From a virus: a stretch of DNA of 64,000 nt. This document shows, in pieces, positions 51,200 to 61,100 of the stretch; the first letter of the stretch is position 1, and every line of letters starts with the position of its first letter. The position numbers and the translations under genes are program-made. The stretch is taken from the IMG/VR virus record IMGVR_UViG_3300043436_002883, positions 45,283 to 109,282 of that record. The stretch is one strand, 5' to 3'. Under the pieces are notes generated by a model that was given only the letters and a program-made list of their open reading frames with translations, made no database searches and was not told the origin of the DNA.

Positions 51200-51427
51200 A
51201 TGAACACAGATCTAACTAATGAAGAAAAGATATTTATTGTTTCGTCTAAGATTCATTTTTTAAATGAAACTTTATTTAATTATAACTTAGACCTAGAGTT
51301 GCATCAATTTGATGAAAACGTAGACAACGATGAATATTTTACAAACCTAGAACAGTTTAAGATTAATGCTGAGGCTAAAAAGGCTGCTTTGCAGACCATG
51401 CTAGCAGAGCTAGAATCTTTGAGCTAA
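51200..51427 (+). CDS. small coiled-coil protein (LTNEEK paralog 1)
   Basis: AGGAGG RBS; own TGnTATACT promoter. Confidence 0.7.
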   Translation: MNTDLTNEEKIFIVSSKIHFLNETLFNYNLDLELHQFDENVDNDEYFTNLEQFKINAEAKKAALQTMLAELESLS

Positions 51428-51456
51428 TAATGATATAATGTGGAAGGAGGAATAAA

Positions 51457-51678
51457 ATGACAACACTAACAAATGAAGAAAAGCTAAGCATTGTAAACCA
51501 GCACATCAAGTCAGTAGACTATAATATTTATGGTCAGGAGCTTGATTTGATTCAGGCTAATGCAGTGGCAACACCAGATGCTGGACAAATCTCTGCCCTT
51601 AATGCTAGAATTACAGAATCAAAAGCTAAAAGAGCAGCCCTCGTTACTGAAAAAAATTCATTAACTGAAACAGAGTAA
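51457..51678 (+). CDS. small coiled-coil protein (LTNEEK paralog 2)
   Basis: AGGAGG RBS; own TGnTATAAT promoter. Confidence 0.7.
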   Translation: MTTLTNEEKLSIVNQHIKSVDYNIYGQELDLIQANAVATPDAGQISALNARITESKAKRAALVTEKNSLTETE

Positions 51679-51688
51679 GGATATAAAA

Positions 51689-51862
51689 ATGGCAGATAAA
51701 GCCGAATTAATTATAACTGCTTTGCAACAAAGAATTGGTGAGATCGTCTCAAACTATGAGACTCAAATTGCTATTCTTCGTGCAGAGATTACAGCTATTA
51801 TGCAGGAAAAGCAAGAAAAAGAAGAAGCGGTAAAAGAATACGAAAATTCTTTGCCTATATAA
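51689..51862 (+). CDS. small coiled-coil protein, 57 aa (absent from the ORF track)
   Basis: MADKAELIITALQQRIGEIVSNYETQIAILRAEIT...; AAGGA RBS; fills the gap between neighbours. Confidence 0.75.
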   Translation: MADKAELIITALQQRIGEIVSNYETQIAILRAEITAIMQEKQEKEEAVKEYENSLPI

Positions 51863-51873
51863 GGAGATAAACA

Positions 51874-52311
51874 ATGGCAACAAATTCATTTATACCAGTT
51901 ACATTTAACGACGGGGAGCCACTAGATCCTACAAAGTTAAATAAGCTGGTTGATAATATAAATAATATATATCAGTCTAATGCCATATCCTTATCTAACT
52001 CATCAACAGGAACAGCTCCTCAAGTTCCCGTTATATTTACATTTAGACATAAGTTTGAAAATGTAGCTGCTGGAAAGCCACAGAGCACTGTTTTTAATTT
52101 TGGTGATAAGTTTACTCAGGCTGAGCTATCCGCAAGCAAAGTATACGTTTCTACAGGAATAAAGGCTTCTATAAACGATAAAGATGTTATAACCGCAAGC
52201 GTAGGTGGAGTTAATACAGGAAGCCCAACGCTATTTGTTAATTTTAGTGGAGACAAAACCCGCACCATATATGTAGATGTAATAGCAATCTGCATGAGGG
52301 ATATCATTTAG
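51874..52311 (+). CDS. hypothetical virion-associated protein
   Basis: F.DGEPLDPTKLNKL N-terminus; AAGGAG RBS. Confidence 0.6.
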   Translation: MATNSFIPVTFNDGEPLDPTKLNKLVDNINNIYQSNAISLSNSSTGTAPQVPVIFTFRHKFENVAAGKPQSTVFNFGDKFTQAELSASKVYVSTGIKASINDKDVITASVGGVNTGSPTLFVNFSGDKTRTIYVDVIAICMRDII

Positions 52312-52316
52312 ATCCC

Positions 52317-52344
52317 TTGACAAGCCCAACAAATATGTTACAAT
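52317..52344 (+). promoter_or_regulatory. sigma70-type promoter for the replication module
   Basis: TTGACA-16 nt-TACAAT with TGn extension. Confidence 0.65.
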
Positions 52345-52356
52345 TACTGTAACATC

Positions 52357-52381
52357 AAAGTCACGTACCCGTGACTTTTTT
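52357..52381 (+). terminator. hairpin / terminator-like inverted repeat
   Basis: AAAGTCACG-TACC-CGTGACTTT followed by further Ts. Confidence 0.6.
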
Positions 52382-52398
52382 ACATATTAAGGTAGAAA

Positions 52399-53199
52399 AT
52401 GAGCAACGATTTAAAATGGATGATTTCATCCGACCAGCAATTTCCATATCAAGATGATAAGATGATTGCCCTATGGTTTAAAGTAATGAAATGGTTTAAG
52501 CCAGACGTTGTGGACTACCTTGGTGATACAGATGATCAGGCTTGCTACAGCAAGTACACAGAAGGCAAATCAGCAGAGTTCTTAAATTACCATAAGAATG
52601 ATAGCAAAGATCTTATTGTTCCTATGATGCGACATGAAGCAAAAGGAGCAAGAGATTTTTATGCCAAGACAAGAGAGATGCTCCCTGATGCCCAGCTATT
52701 TTCAGCCTTAGGCAATCACGACATTAGAGTGTTTAATTATGTAGACGCAAAGTTACCAGAGTATATATCTGAGGTAACACCAGAGTCTATGTGGAGCCTA
52801 GATTCATTGGGCTATGAATACATTTATTACAACGAACTTCCTAGACGACGCTTTGGAGATATTCACGTACACCATGGACTTTCAATTGCAGCAGGCGGTG
52901 CAGTAAGAAAAGATATGGAAGATCTACAGATATCATTAATCCGTGGACACTCACATAGAATTGCTTCACATATGGTAACATATGAACTTAGAAACAACGG
53001 AGAAGGCGAGACACTTCGTGGCTATGAAATTGGACATATGTGTGATGAGAAGAGTGACGGAATGAAGTATAGCCAACACCACGACTGGCAAAAAGGATTT
53101 GCTGTAGCGCATATCGTAAATGACTATCCACATATTCAAATGATTCACGTATCTCCTGACTACTCATGTGTAGTAGACGGAAAGGTATTTACTCTATAA
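52399..53199 (+). CDS. calcineurin-like metallophosphoesterase
   Basis: SDQQ, LGD..D, GNHD, HHG, GHSHR motifs. Confidence 0.8.
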   Translation: MSNDLKWMISSDQQFPYQDDKMIALWFKVMKWFKPDVVDYLGDTDDQACYSKYTEGKSAEFLNYHKNDSKDLIVPMMRHEAKGARDFYAKTREMLPDAQLFSALGNHDIRVFNYVDAKLPEYISEVTPESMWSLDSLGYEYIYYNELPRRRFGDIHVHHGLSIAAGGAVRKDMEDLQISLIRGHSHRIASHMVTYELRNNGEGETLRGYEIGHMCDEKSDGMKYSQHHDWQKGFAVAHIVNDYPHIQMIHVSPDYSCVVDGKVFTL

Positions 53200-53384
53200 T
53201 GTGGTGCGGTAAATGTAGTGGACGGGTTTTTATAGATAGAGTATTTTCTCAAAAACTACATATGGAGTTATTTTGTATCATGTGCGGCAGACGCTGGATG
53301 TGCAATAAGGAGACGAGTGCTTTTGGAAAATGGCTAGACAAAAAAGAAACAACAAACTCAAAAAGATACGGTATTTCTTCTTAA
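53199..53384 (+). CDS. small zinc-ribbon protein
   Basis: CGKC...CIMCG; TAATG-coupled start at 53199. Confidence 0.7.
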   Translation: MWCGKCSGRVFIDRVFSQKLHMELFCIMCGRRWMCNKETSAFGKWLDKKETTNSKRYGISS

Positions 53385-53812
53385 ACGATAAGATACACAA
53401 AGTAATTAAATCATCTAGATCAAAGGATGAAATAGTTGCTTGGTGCTACCCAGATAAAAAAAGAGTTATGTATTCATACTCACAGGTTGAAAAGTACATG
53501 GGTAAAGCTTACGGGATGAAAGAAGTATCTGGTTTGTTAAATAAGCATACCGTAACTCTGCATGACTATATTTTGGAGGGCAAGATAAAGGCTCCTCAAA
53601 AAATATATCCAATAGGTGATCCAGAAAACAAAAATTGGTCTAAGTATATGTTTTGTGAAAAAGATATATTAGATCTTCATGAGTTTATATTAGATTCAGG
53701 ACACTCTGGCAATGTTCCTTCAAGAACAGAATTATTGGGGCTTCTCAAACACAACATTATATTGTATACTAAGACAGACAGCGGGTTCATACCAGTCTGG
53801 AAGGCGGAGTAA
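53330..53812 (+). CDS. putative DNA-binding (HTH-like) protein
   Basis: YGMKEVSGLLNKHTVTLHDYILEGKI resembles a MerR/excisionase-type HTH. Confidence 0.55.
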   Translation: MARQKRNNKLKKIRYFFLNDKIHKVIKSSRSKDEIVAWCYPDKKRVMYSYSQVEKYMGKAYGMKEVSGLLNKHTVTLHDYILEGKIKAPQKIYPIGDPENKNWSKYMFCEKDILDLHEFILDSGHSGNVPSRTELLGLLKHNIILYTKTDSGFIPVWKAE

Positions 53813-53922
53813 TGGCAAGCAGCAGGATTGTAATTTGCCCAACTTGTAATAAAGAACTAGAAGTCAGATCAGATTTTGCACACATAACATTATCTAACCA
53901 CATAAAGAAGGAGCATAAATGA
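53812..53922 (+). CDS. 36 aa C2H2-type zinc finger protein (absent from the ORF track)
   Basis: MASSRIVICPTCNKELEVRSDFAHITLSNHIKKEHK; TAATG and ATGA overlaps on both sides. Confidence 0.7.
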   Translation: MASSRIVICPTCNKELEVRSDFAHITLSNHIKKEHK

Positions 53923-54122
53923 CAACGAGAGTTAAGGTGGACCTATCTTTTACAAGAAACTTAGGTAACTACGAAAGCATTAAAATTGGCGTAGGCGTTG
54001 AAGATGATCTCCGAGATGGAGAAAATGTAGATACGGCTACTGAGAGAGTTTATAAGTTTGTTGAAGACAAGCTTATTGAAAAGACTCGTGAGGTGGAAGA
54101 AGAATTAAAGCGTGGCAAGTGA
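53919..54122 (+). CDS. hypothetical protein
   Basis: TRNLGNYES motif; coupled in operon. Confidence 0.75.
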   Translation: MTTRVKVDLSFTRNLGNYESIKIGVGVEDDLRDGENVDTATERVYKFVEDKLIEKTREVEEELKRGK

Positions 54123-54429
54123 GAAAGAACCGTACGTACTAATTGGCTTGTATTTATCTTTGTATAAAGAAAAGTATAATAAGTCTCTTACCGTTAATAG
54201 GTTTAGAGAAAAATGGGCTATGAATGACGTTATTGAAAGCGTAGGCTTTGAACGTGCTAAAGAACTTTTAATATATTATTTTGCTACCAACAAGCAAGGT
54301 CATCCATTAAACTTTTTCTATAACAACTTTGACAGAATTGATTCATTAAACAAAGAAATTAAAAAGGACAAGATTAACCGAAGCATCCTTTTGGGTGAGA
54401 CGAAGAAGATGGTGGAGGGCGAAGAGTGA
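54112..54429 (+). CDS. hypothetical protein upstream of helicase
   Basis: Coupled operon gene with GTG start. Confidence 0.7.
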   Translation: MASEKEPYVLIGLYLSLYKEKYNKSLTVNRFREKWAMNDVIESVGFERAKELLIYYFATNKQGHPLNFFYNNFDRIDSLNKEIKKDKINRSILLGETKKMVEGEE

Positions 54430-55691
54430 ATACAGAAGCAACATTAATCTCTGCTGTATGTAAGAATAAAGATATCAGCACACTATTGGCGGACAACGTA
54501 GACGAGCTCTTTACATCACATAGAGACATTTGGGAAAGCTTAAAAGGATACTACTATAAGTTTAAAGCAGTTCCAGAGGTTGGAGTCTTAATTGAAAGAC
54601 ATAAAGATTTTGAGCCAGTAGAAACAAAGGCAGAAACTGGATACTACTTAGACATGCTTAAGAATGAATTTATTTCAAATAAGCTTAAGTCTATTATTAT
54701 TAAAGGTGGATCTTCACTTAAAGAAGATGCTGCATCAAGAGTTCTTGCACAAATGCAAAGCGATCTTGCCAACCTAAGCAGGTTTACAAACAACGTTCGT
54801 GACTTAGATATTATTGATGTTGAAAATGCTGCAAGACATTATGAGGCAGTAAAAGAGCGTTCATCCGTAATGGGTGGTGCGCCAGGAATCCTAACTGGGT
54901 TTAGCGCTATTGATAAAGCTTATCCAACTGGAATGGCCCCAGGACATCTTATTGTCGCTATTGGCTGGCCAGGACGTGGTAAGACATGGTTTACATCATA
55001 CCTAGCCTGCAAGGCTTGGGAGCAAGGCTTTAAGCCAATGATCGTGTCTCTTGAAATGTCTCCAGAAAATATGCGTGACCGTATTTTTACTATGCTCGGC
55101 TCTGGTATATTTAAAGCAAGTGATTTGTCAAAGGGAGATATTAATATTGATGACTTCCGATCATGGGGTAATAAAAAGTTTGAGGGCAAGAATAGTTTTG
55201 TGCTTATTTCAAATGAAGGTGCTGCAGAAGTTACTCCAGCAACTATTCAAGGAAAGATTGACCAGCATAAGCCTGACCTAGTTATCCTTGATTACCATCA
55301 ATTATTTAATGATAATAAGAGATCTAATTCTGAAGTTGAACGAAATCGAAATGTGTCTCGTGAGTTTAAGATGCTTGCTGTGTCAAACAATATTCCTATT
55401 ATTGACATCACAGCAGCAACAGCTGACGATGTTTCAGATCAAGACAATCCACCTATGATGAGTCAGGTTGCTTGGTCTAAAGCAATTGAATATGATGCTG
55501 ATATGGCAATGGCAGTTCATAGATATCCTCAGAGTAATATGATTGAGATCGTATCTAGAAAGAATAGACACGGGCACGACTTTAATTTCTATCTAGACTG
55601 GGATATCAACCGTGGTATCGTCAAGGAAATTTACGAAAATCCATTTGAGAATGAATCACAAACAGATAAAAAGATTCCAAGTAAAGGTTGA
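54426..55691 (+). CDS. dnaB: DnaB-like replicative helicase
   Basis: GWPGRGKT Walker A, SLEMS, ILDY, IEYDAD, KNRHG. Confidence 0.92.
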   Translation: MNTEATLISAVCKNKDISTLLADNVDELFTSHRDIWESLKGYYYKFKAVPEVGVLIERHKDFEPVETKAETGYYLDMLKNEFISNKLKSIIIKGGSSLKEDAASRVLAQMQSDLANLSRFTNNVRDLDIIDVENAARHYEAVKERSSVMGGAPGILTGFSAIDKAYPTGMAPGHLIVAIGWPGRGKTWFTSYLACKAWEQGFKPMIVSLEMSPENMRDRIFTMLGSGIFKASDLSKGDINIDDFRSWGNKKFEGKNSFVLISNEGAAEVTPATIQGKIDQHKPDLVILDYHQLFNDNKRSNSEVERNRNVSREFKMLAVSNNIPIIDITAATADDVSDQDNPPMMSQVAWSKAIEYDADMAMAVHRYPQSNMIEIVSRKNRHGHDFNFYLDWDINRGIVKEIYENPFENESQTDKKIPSKG

Positions 55692-55950
55692 GTTTCAAGA
55701 TGATTCTGGTATTCCAAGACTAAGATATCAATATGAAAGCATGCTAACGCATGATATGAGGAGTAAAGGATATGTCAGAGTTCTTGACATAGACACCAAC
55801 TTTTCGGTACAATTTGACGGAGAAACCTGGGTGTTCTTAATGACACTCTATGGAGTATATGTAGGAAAGAAGAAGGCATGGCTATCAGAGGGCATAACGC
55901 AAGGAAAGTTGATTCCACGCAGTATGCGCCAAACCATATCAAGTCAGTAA
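55651..55950 (+). CDS. hypothetical protein
   Basis: ATG at 55651; lies between helicase and primase. Confidence 0.6.
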   Translation: MNHKQIKRFQVKVEFQDDSGIPRLRYQYESMLTHDMRSKGYVRVLDIDTNFSVQFDGETWVFLMTLYGVYVGKKKAWLSEGITQGKLIPRSMRQTISSQ

Positions 55951-56873
55951 TTAAATCTTTAGGATTAGATATTGTGGCGGAACCAGGCAATGAGGTTATG
56001 TTTTACTGCCCATTTCATTCTAATAGACATACCGCTTCATGCTGCATAAATAAATCCTCTGGTGTATGGCTATGCTTTAACCCTTCATGCGGAGAGTCTG
56101 GAACTCTAATTGAATTAGTTAGAAGAGTTTTGCATAAGAATGACTTTGAAGCAATGAGATTTATTGCTGCAGAAGAAACAGCTATACTGAATAACTTTGA
56201 TGAAGTAATGGCAGGAATATTTGAAGAGAAACCAGACTTTGAAGAGTTCTCTCAAGATACTTTAAATAGATTACATGCAGACCTTGCGGGCAATAAAGAC
56301 GCAAGAGACTACCTTGAATCTAGAGGTATCAATGAAGAGTCCATGAAACATTTTAATCTTGGATATTCACCATCAATGAATATGGTTACTACACCAGTGC
56401 ATAGTCCAGACGGCACCCCTATAGGATTGGTGGGAAGATCAATTGAAGGAAAGTCTTTTAAGAATAGCACCAACCTTCCTAAAAGCAAAACATTATTTAA
56501 TGTGCATCGTGCAAAAAGAATTGGTAACCATGTAATTATTGTTGAGTCTAACTTTGATGCAATTAGAATACATCAGGCTGGTTTCCCTAATGTGGTAGCA
56601 GTACTAGGTGGTATATTATCTACAGAACAACACAAACTTTTAAATAGATATTTTAATAAAATAACAGTAATGACAGACTCAGATTTGGCTGGCAGGGAAT
56701 TAGGACTAAGCATAGCCAATAGATTAAAGAATAAAGACCTCTTGTGGGCTTCTTATGAATATGGTAAGATATACCCACATGATGCAAAAGATGCAGGCGA
56801 TATGACCGATGAGGAAATTAAAGCTTGTATTGTAAACGCAGTATCTGATATAGAATACAGATCCTGGGCTTAA
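55878..56873 (+). CDS. DNA primase (CHC2 zinc finger + TOPRIM)
   Basis: CPFH...C....C; YLESRGI; IVESNFDA; D.D.AG; KDAGD. Confidence 0.9.
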   Translation: MAIRGHNARKVDSTQYAPNHIKSVIKSLGLDIVAEPGNEVMFYCPFHSNRHTASCCINKSSGVWLCFNPSCGESGTLIELVRRVLHKNDFEAMRFIAAEETAILNNFDEVMAGIFEEKPDFEEFSQDTLNRLHADLAGNKDARDYLESRGINEESMKHFNLGYSPSMNMVTTPVHSPDGTPIGLVGRSIEGKSFKNSTNLPKSKTLFNVHRAKRIGNHVIIVESNFDAIRIHQAGFPNVVAVLGGILSTEQHKLLNRYFNKITVMTDSDLAGRELGLSIANRLKNKDLLWASYEYGKIYPHDAKDAGDMTDEEIKACIVNAVSDIEYRSWA

Positions 56874-56930
56874 TGCTATAATAGTAATACAGATGGATTT
56901 ATACCATCAACTACATACAAGGAGAAAAAT

Positions 56931-57599
56931 ATGGGAATTGTTAAAGGTTTAAAAGGATTAAATCAAGTTATGGACAAGCCGCAAGCTTCAAGCGGAGATG
57001 GAACCAAGGGTCGCTGGGTAAAGCTAGAAGACGGTGAGAGCGTAAAGATTCGTTTCTTGCAAGAATTAGATCCAGATTCACCAACATACAATGAAAAGAT
57101 GGGTCTAGGATTTATTGCTGTAGAGCACACTAATCCAAAAGATTACCGTCGCAAGGCGCTATGCTCAATGGATGACCAAGGTAAGTGCTATGGTTGCGAG
57201 CAACACCGCAAGGACTACAAGGCAGGATGGAAGGGTCGTTCACGACTTTACATTAATGTTCTTGTTGACGACGGCAAGGAAGATCCATACGTTGGAATCC
57301 TTTCACAGGGTTCAAGCGGAAAGACAGTAACTCCTACTCTTATTGAGTATGCAGGCGAAATGGGAAGCATTAGTAATCTAATGTGGCGCATTAAGCGAAC
57401 TGGCACAAAAACAGACACAAGTTATACAATTATTCCACTTGCTAAGGATGAAACACCATTCGATTCAAGTTCTCTTGAGCTTTTTAAGCTTGAAGAGACA
57501 GCCGTACGTGATATGCCATACACAGAGCAAGAGTCATTCTTTGCTGGTGAAAATGGTCACGGCGAAGAGTCTTCTGCTTCTAGCAGCGTAGACTGGTAA
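56931..57599 (+). CDS. phage ssDNA-binding protein (gp32-like)
   Basis: KIRFL, H...C...C..C metal motif, RTG.KTDT.Y, acidic C-terminus. Confidence 0.65.
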   Translation: MGIVKGLKGLNQVMDKPQASSGDGTKGRWVKLEDGESVKIRFLQELDPDSPTYNEKMGLGFIAVEHTNPKDYRRKALCSMDDQGKCYGCEQHRKDYKAGWKGRSRLYINVLVDDGKEDPYVGILSQGSSGKTVTPTLIEYAGEMGSISNLMWRIKRTGTKTDTSYTIIPLAKDETPFDSSSLELFKLEETAVRDMPYTEQESFFAGENGHGEESSASSSVDW

Positions 57600-57624
57600 C
57601 AGGTTAAGAAGGCGGAGAATTAAG

Positions 57625-60600
57625 TTGAATTTTACACATCTACATGTGCATTCTTTCTATTCATTAATGGATGGGCTTAATTCTCCTGCCGAACTTGTTA
57701 AAGCAGCAAAAGAAGCTGGACAAACAGCAATTGCAATAACAGATCATGGCACATTGTCTTCACACCGTGAAATGCAAATTGCATGTAAGGATCAAGGCAT
57801 TAAGCCAATCCTTGGAGTAGAAGCGTATATATCACCAACAGATAGATTTGATCGCTCCTCTAAAACAGATAAATCAATTCAAGCTTATAACCACATTATT
57901 CTACTTGCAAAAAATAAAAAAGGTTTAGAGAATATTAATACATTACAGGAGCTTGCTTGGAACGAAGGGTTCTATCATAAGCCACGTATCGACAGGGAGA
58001 TTTTAAATGATTATAGCGAAGGTGTTATCGTTCTCAGCGGATGTCTTAATGGACTCATTAGTAAGGCTATCGATAAAGGTAACATGGAAGAAGCTGAACT
58101 TCTTCTCAAAGGCTTTAAGAAAACTTTCGGAAAAGATTTTTACGTGGAAGTGCAATCACATAACCCTGTGGAGATCAACTCCGCCCTTTTAGAATTAGCA
58201 GATAAACTGGGAATTAAAGCGGTGGCAACTGGAGATGCCCACTTCGCTAAAGAAGAAGATAGAGTTTTAGAAGAGGCTATGCTAATTTTATCAACATCCC
58301 CTAAGATGGATAAAGATGCTGACTTTGATATGTCCAGAAATATTAAAGATATTAATGATAGATTAAACTATTTATATCCAGATAGAAGAATATCTTTCCA
58401 GGATTACAACCTATTTATCCAGACTCGTGAAGAAATTCAAGCTGATTTTGTTAAGGCTGGTTTCACCAGAACAGATATTTACGAGAATACAATGGAAATT
58501 GCTAATAAAATAGGAGAGTATGACTTTAATCAGGGCCTAGACCTCCTACCAGTTCCTAAGACCGATGCCGATGAAAGACTACGGGAACTGTCCGAAAAGG
58601 GCTTAGAGAGGCTTCAGAAGGCTTCAGATGATATCTATAAAGCTCGCCTTGAGGAAGAACTTGGGGTAATTGCCTCAAAGAATTTTGCCTCATACTTCTT
58701 GGTGGTGGCAGATATGATTAACTGGGCTAAAGACAATGATATACGAGTTGGCCCAGGCCGTGGTTCTGCAGCAGGCTCTTTGGTCTGCTACGCTCTAGGA
58801 ATTACAGATGTTGATCCAATTAAATATGACCTTTTGTTTTTTAGATTTATTAACCCTGAGCGTAATGACTTTCCAGATATTGATACAGACTTTGAAGACC
58901 GACGTAGAAAAGAAGTTAAAGACTATTTAAAGAAGAAGTTTAAACACGTTGCCTCTATCTCAACGTACACCTATTTTAAAGATAAGGGTGTTGTTCGTGA
59001 TGCTGCTCGTGTATTCATGGTTCCTCTTCAAGAGGTAAACCGTGCACTAAAACCAGTAGATACTTTTGAAGACTTTATTGATTCTCCAAATACAAAAGAG
59101 TTTAGAACACGTTACCCAGAAGTTGTTTGGCTAGCAGAAAGATTACGTGGTCGTATTCGTTCTGTTGGTGTACACGCTGCTGGAGTTGTTGTTGCTAAAG
59201 ACGATATTAGAAAATATGCTCCTGTTGAATCTCGTGAAGACGCACAGGATAAGGTGTCAGGAAGAATTCCAGTCGTAGCATACGATATGGATACTGTTGC
59301 AGACATTGGCCTTATTAAACTAGATGCACTGGGACTTAAAACATTATCTGTTATGTCGGATACTCTTAAATCAATTAAGGGCAGAACTGGCAAAGATATA
59401 AATCTTTCCGACCTGCCTCTTGATGATCCTAAAGTTTATAAGATGTTAAGCGATGGATATACAAAGGGTGTGTTTCAGGCCGAAGCAACACCATATACAA
59501 ACCTTCTTATTAAAATGGGTGTTGATAAGTTTGAAGACCTTGCTGCATCAAACGCACTAGTGCGTCCAGGCGCAATGAATACTGTGGGTGCTTCGTATAT
59601 CAAGCGTAAGCACGGGGATGAGGCAGTACAGTTTATTCATCCTATTATGAAGCCGTTTACCGAGAACACTTATGGTGTTATTATATATCAAGAGCAAGTT
59701 ATGCAAGCTTGCGTCCACTTAGGTGGCATGTCTTGGTCAGAGGCTGATAAGGTCCGCAAGATTATTGGAAAGAAAAAAGATGCAAAAGAATTCGACCAAT
59801 TCAAGGATCGCTTTATTGATGGGGCTTCAAAGCACATTTCTAAGAAGCAAGCCGAAACGCTCTGGCATACTTTTGAGGCTCACGCTGGTTATTCTTTTAA
59901 CCGTTCCCACGCTGTTGCTTATTCTATGCTGTCTTATTACGCTGCTTGGCTTAAGACTTATTATCCTCTTGAATTTATGTTTTCAATTCTTAAAAATGAA
60001 AATGATAAAGATGCAAGAACAGAATATTTAATTGAGTCCAAGCGACTAGGTCTTCGTGTATCTCTTCCACACATAAATGAGTCTGACATTTACTTCTCAT
60101 TGCAAAAAGATAGAATTGTGTTTGGCTTAGCTGAAGTTAAATTTATTTCAGATAGCATTGCTAATAAAATTATTGATCAAAGACCATTTAAAGATTATGC
60201 TGACTTTATTGACAAAGCCTCAAAGAAAGGTAGTGGAATTAACAGCCGTGCTATTGCGGCACTTAATGCAATTGGCGGGGCGGCATTCGATGACAACCTT
60301 AGAACGGGTAATGAAAAAGATAATTATTATGAATATTTAGGTATACCTACATTTAACCTAGAAGGAATACCTCCAAGAATTAAAGCTCAAGCAAGACCAA
60401 TTGAAGACTTTGAAGACCTAGGTTCGTTTGTAATGTTTGGAATGGTCAAGTCAATTAAACGTGGAAACGGATGGGCTAGAGTAGAGCTGGTAGATGAAAC
60501 AGGATCAATTGGGTTATTCCATACGGAACAAACTCAAATTGAAACTAATCAGATGTATTTTATTCTTGTAGGAGATAATCGTATTGCAAGATATATTAAG

Positions 60601-60894
60601 GTAAGCGACATAGACCCAAAGAGTGGAGATATATTTGTTGACTATCTTTATAGAAAAGAGTATGATCTTGAAGAGGATGAGTATACTGTTGTTAACTTTA
60701 CTCCCTATGTTACTAAGGCGGGTAAAACAATGAGCCATATTGTACTCTCTAATAGCAATAAAGAGCTAACAAGAGTTATTGCTTTCCCAACAATGTATAA
60801 GATGTCTTTAGCAAGAATGCGTGAAGGAATGAAGTGTAAGGTTGTTCTATCTACTTTAGATGATGGAACTTTAATGGTAAAGGAAATAAAATGA
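57625..60894 (+). CDS. dnaE: DNA polymerase III alpha subunit
   Basis: HLHVHS.YSLMDG PHP domain, GPGRGSAAGSL, PDIDTDF, HAAGVV, YSFNRSH. Confidence 0.95.
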   Translation: MNFTHLHVHSFYSLMDGLNSPAELVKAAKEAGQTAIAITDHGTLSSHREMQIACKDQGIKPILGVEAYISPTDRFDRSSKTDKSIQAYNHIILLAKNKKGLENINTLQELAWNEGFYHKPRIDREILNDYSEGVIVLSGCLNGLISKAIDKGNMEEAELLLKGFKKTFGKDFYVEVQSHNPVEINSALLELADKLGIKAVATGDAHFAKEEDRVLEEAMLILSTSPKMDKDADFDMSRNIKDINDRLNYLYPDRRISFQDYNLFIQTREEIQADFVKAGFTRTDIYENTMEIANKIGEYDFNQGLDLLPVPKTDADERLRELSEKGLERLQKASDDIYKARLEEELGVIASKNFASYFLVVADMINWAKDNDIRVGPGRGSAAGSLVCYALGITDVDPIKYDLLFFRFINPERNDFPDIDTDFEDRRRKEVKDYLKKKFKHVASISTYTYFKDKGVVRDAARVFMVPLQEVNRALKPVDTFEDFIDSPNTKEFRTRYPEVVWLAERLRGRIRSVGVHAAGVVVAKDDIRKYAPVESREDAQDKVSGRIPVVAYDMDTVADIGLIKLDALGLKTLSVMSDTLKSIKGRTGKDINLSDLPLDDPKVYKMLSDGYTKGVFQAEATPYTNLLIKMGVDKFEDLAASNALVRPGAMNTVGASYIKRKHGDEAVQFIHPIMKPFTENTYGVIIYQEQVMQACVHLGGMSWSEADKVRKIIGKKKDAKEFDQFKDRFIDGASKHISKKQAETLWHTFEAHAGYSFNRSHAVAYSMLSYYAAWLKTYYPLEFMFSILKNENDKDARTEYLIESKRLGLRVSLPHINESDIYFSLQKDRIVFGLAEVKFISDSIANKIIDQRPFKDYADFIDKASKKGSGINSRAIAALNAIGGAAFDDNLRTGNEKDNYYEYLGIPTFNLEGIPPRIKAQARPIEDFEDLGSFVMFGMVKSIKRGNGWARVELVDETGSIGLFHTEQTQIETNQMYFILVGDNRIARYIKVSDIDPKSGDIFVDYLYRKEYDLEEDEYTVVNFTPYVTKAGKTMSHIVLSNSNKELTRVIAFPTMYKMSLARMREGMKCKVVLSTLDDGTLMVKEIK

Positions 60895-61100
60895 CAGAAG
60901 AAACAAGCCCACAAGATATTTTAGGAGCAATGAATGCAACACGAGTTCTTGTTTCTATTTTAGAAACAGTTAAGAATGTTGAAGTTTCAGTAGACACTTT
61001 TGTAAATCTAGATGCAGAAAATCGTGAACTAAATATTGATTACGATGGAGACAAAAGAGTCTTTAATTTCTCATTAAAAAAAGAGGAAAACAATGAATAG
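60891..61100 (+). CDS. hypothetical protein
   Basis: ATGA overlap; AAGGA RBS. Confidence 0.65.
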   Translation: MTEETSPQDILGAMNATRVLVSILETVKNVEVSVDTFVNLDAENRELNIDYDGDKRVFNFSLKKEENNE

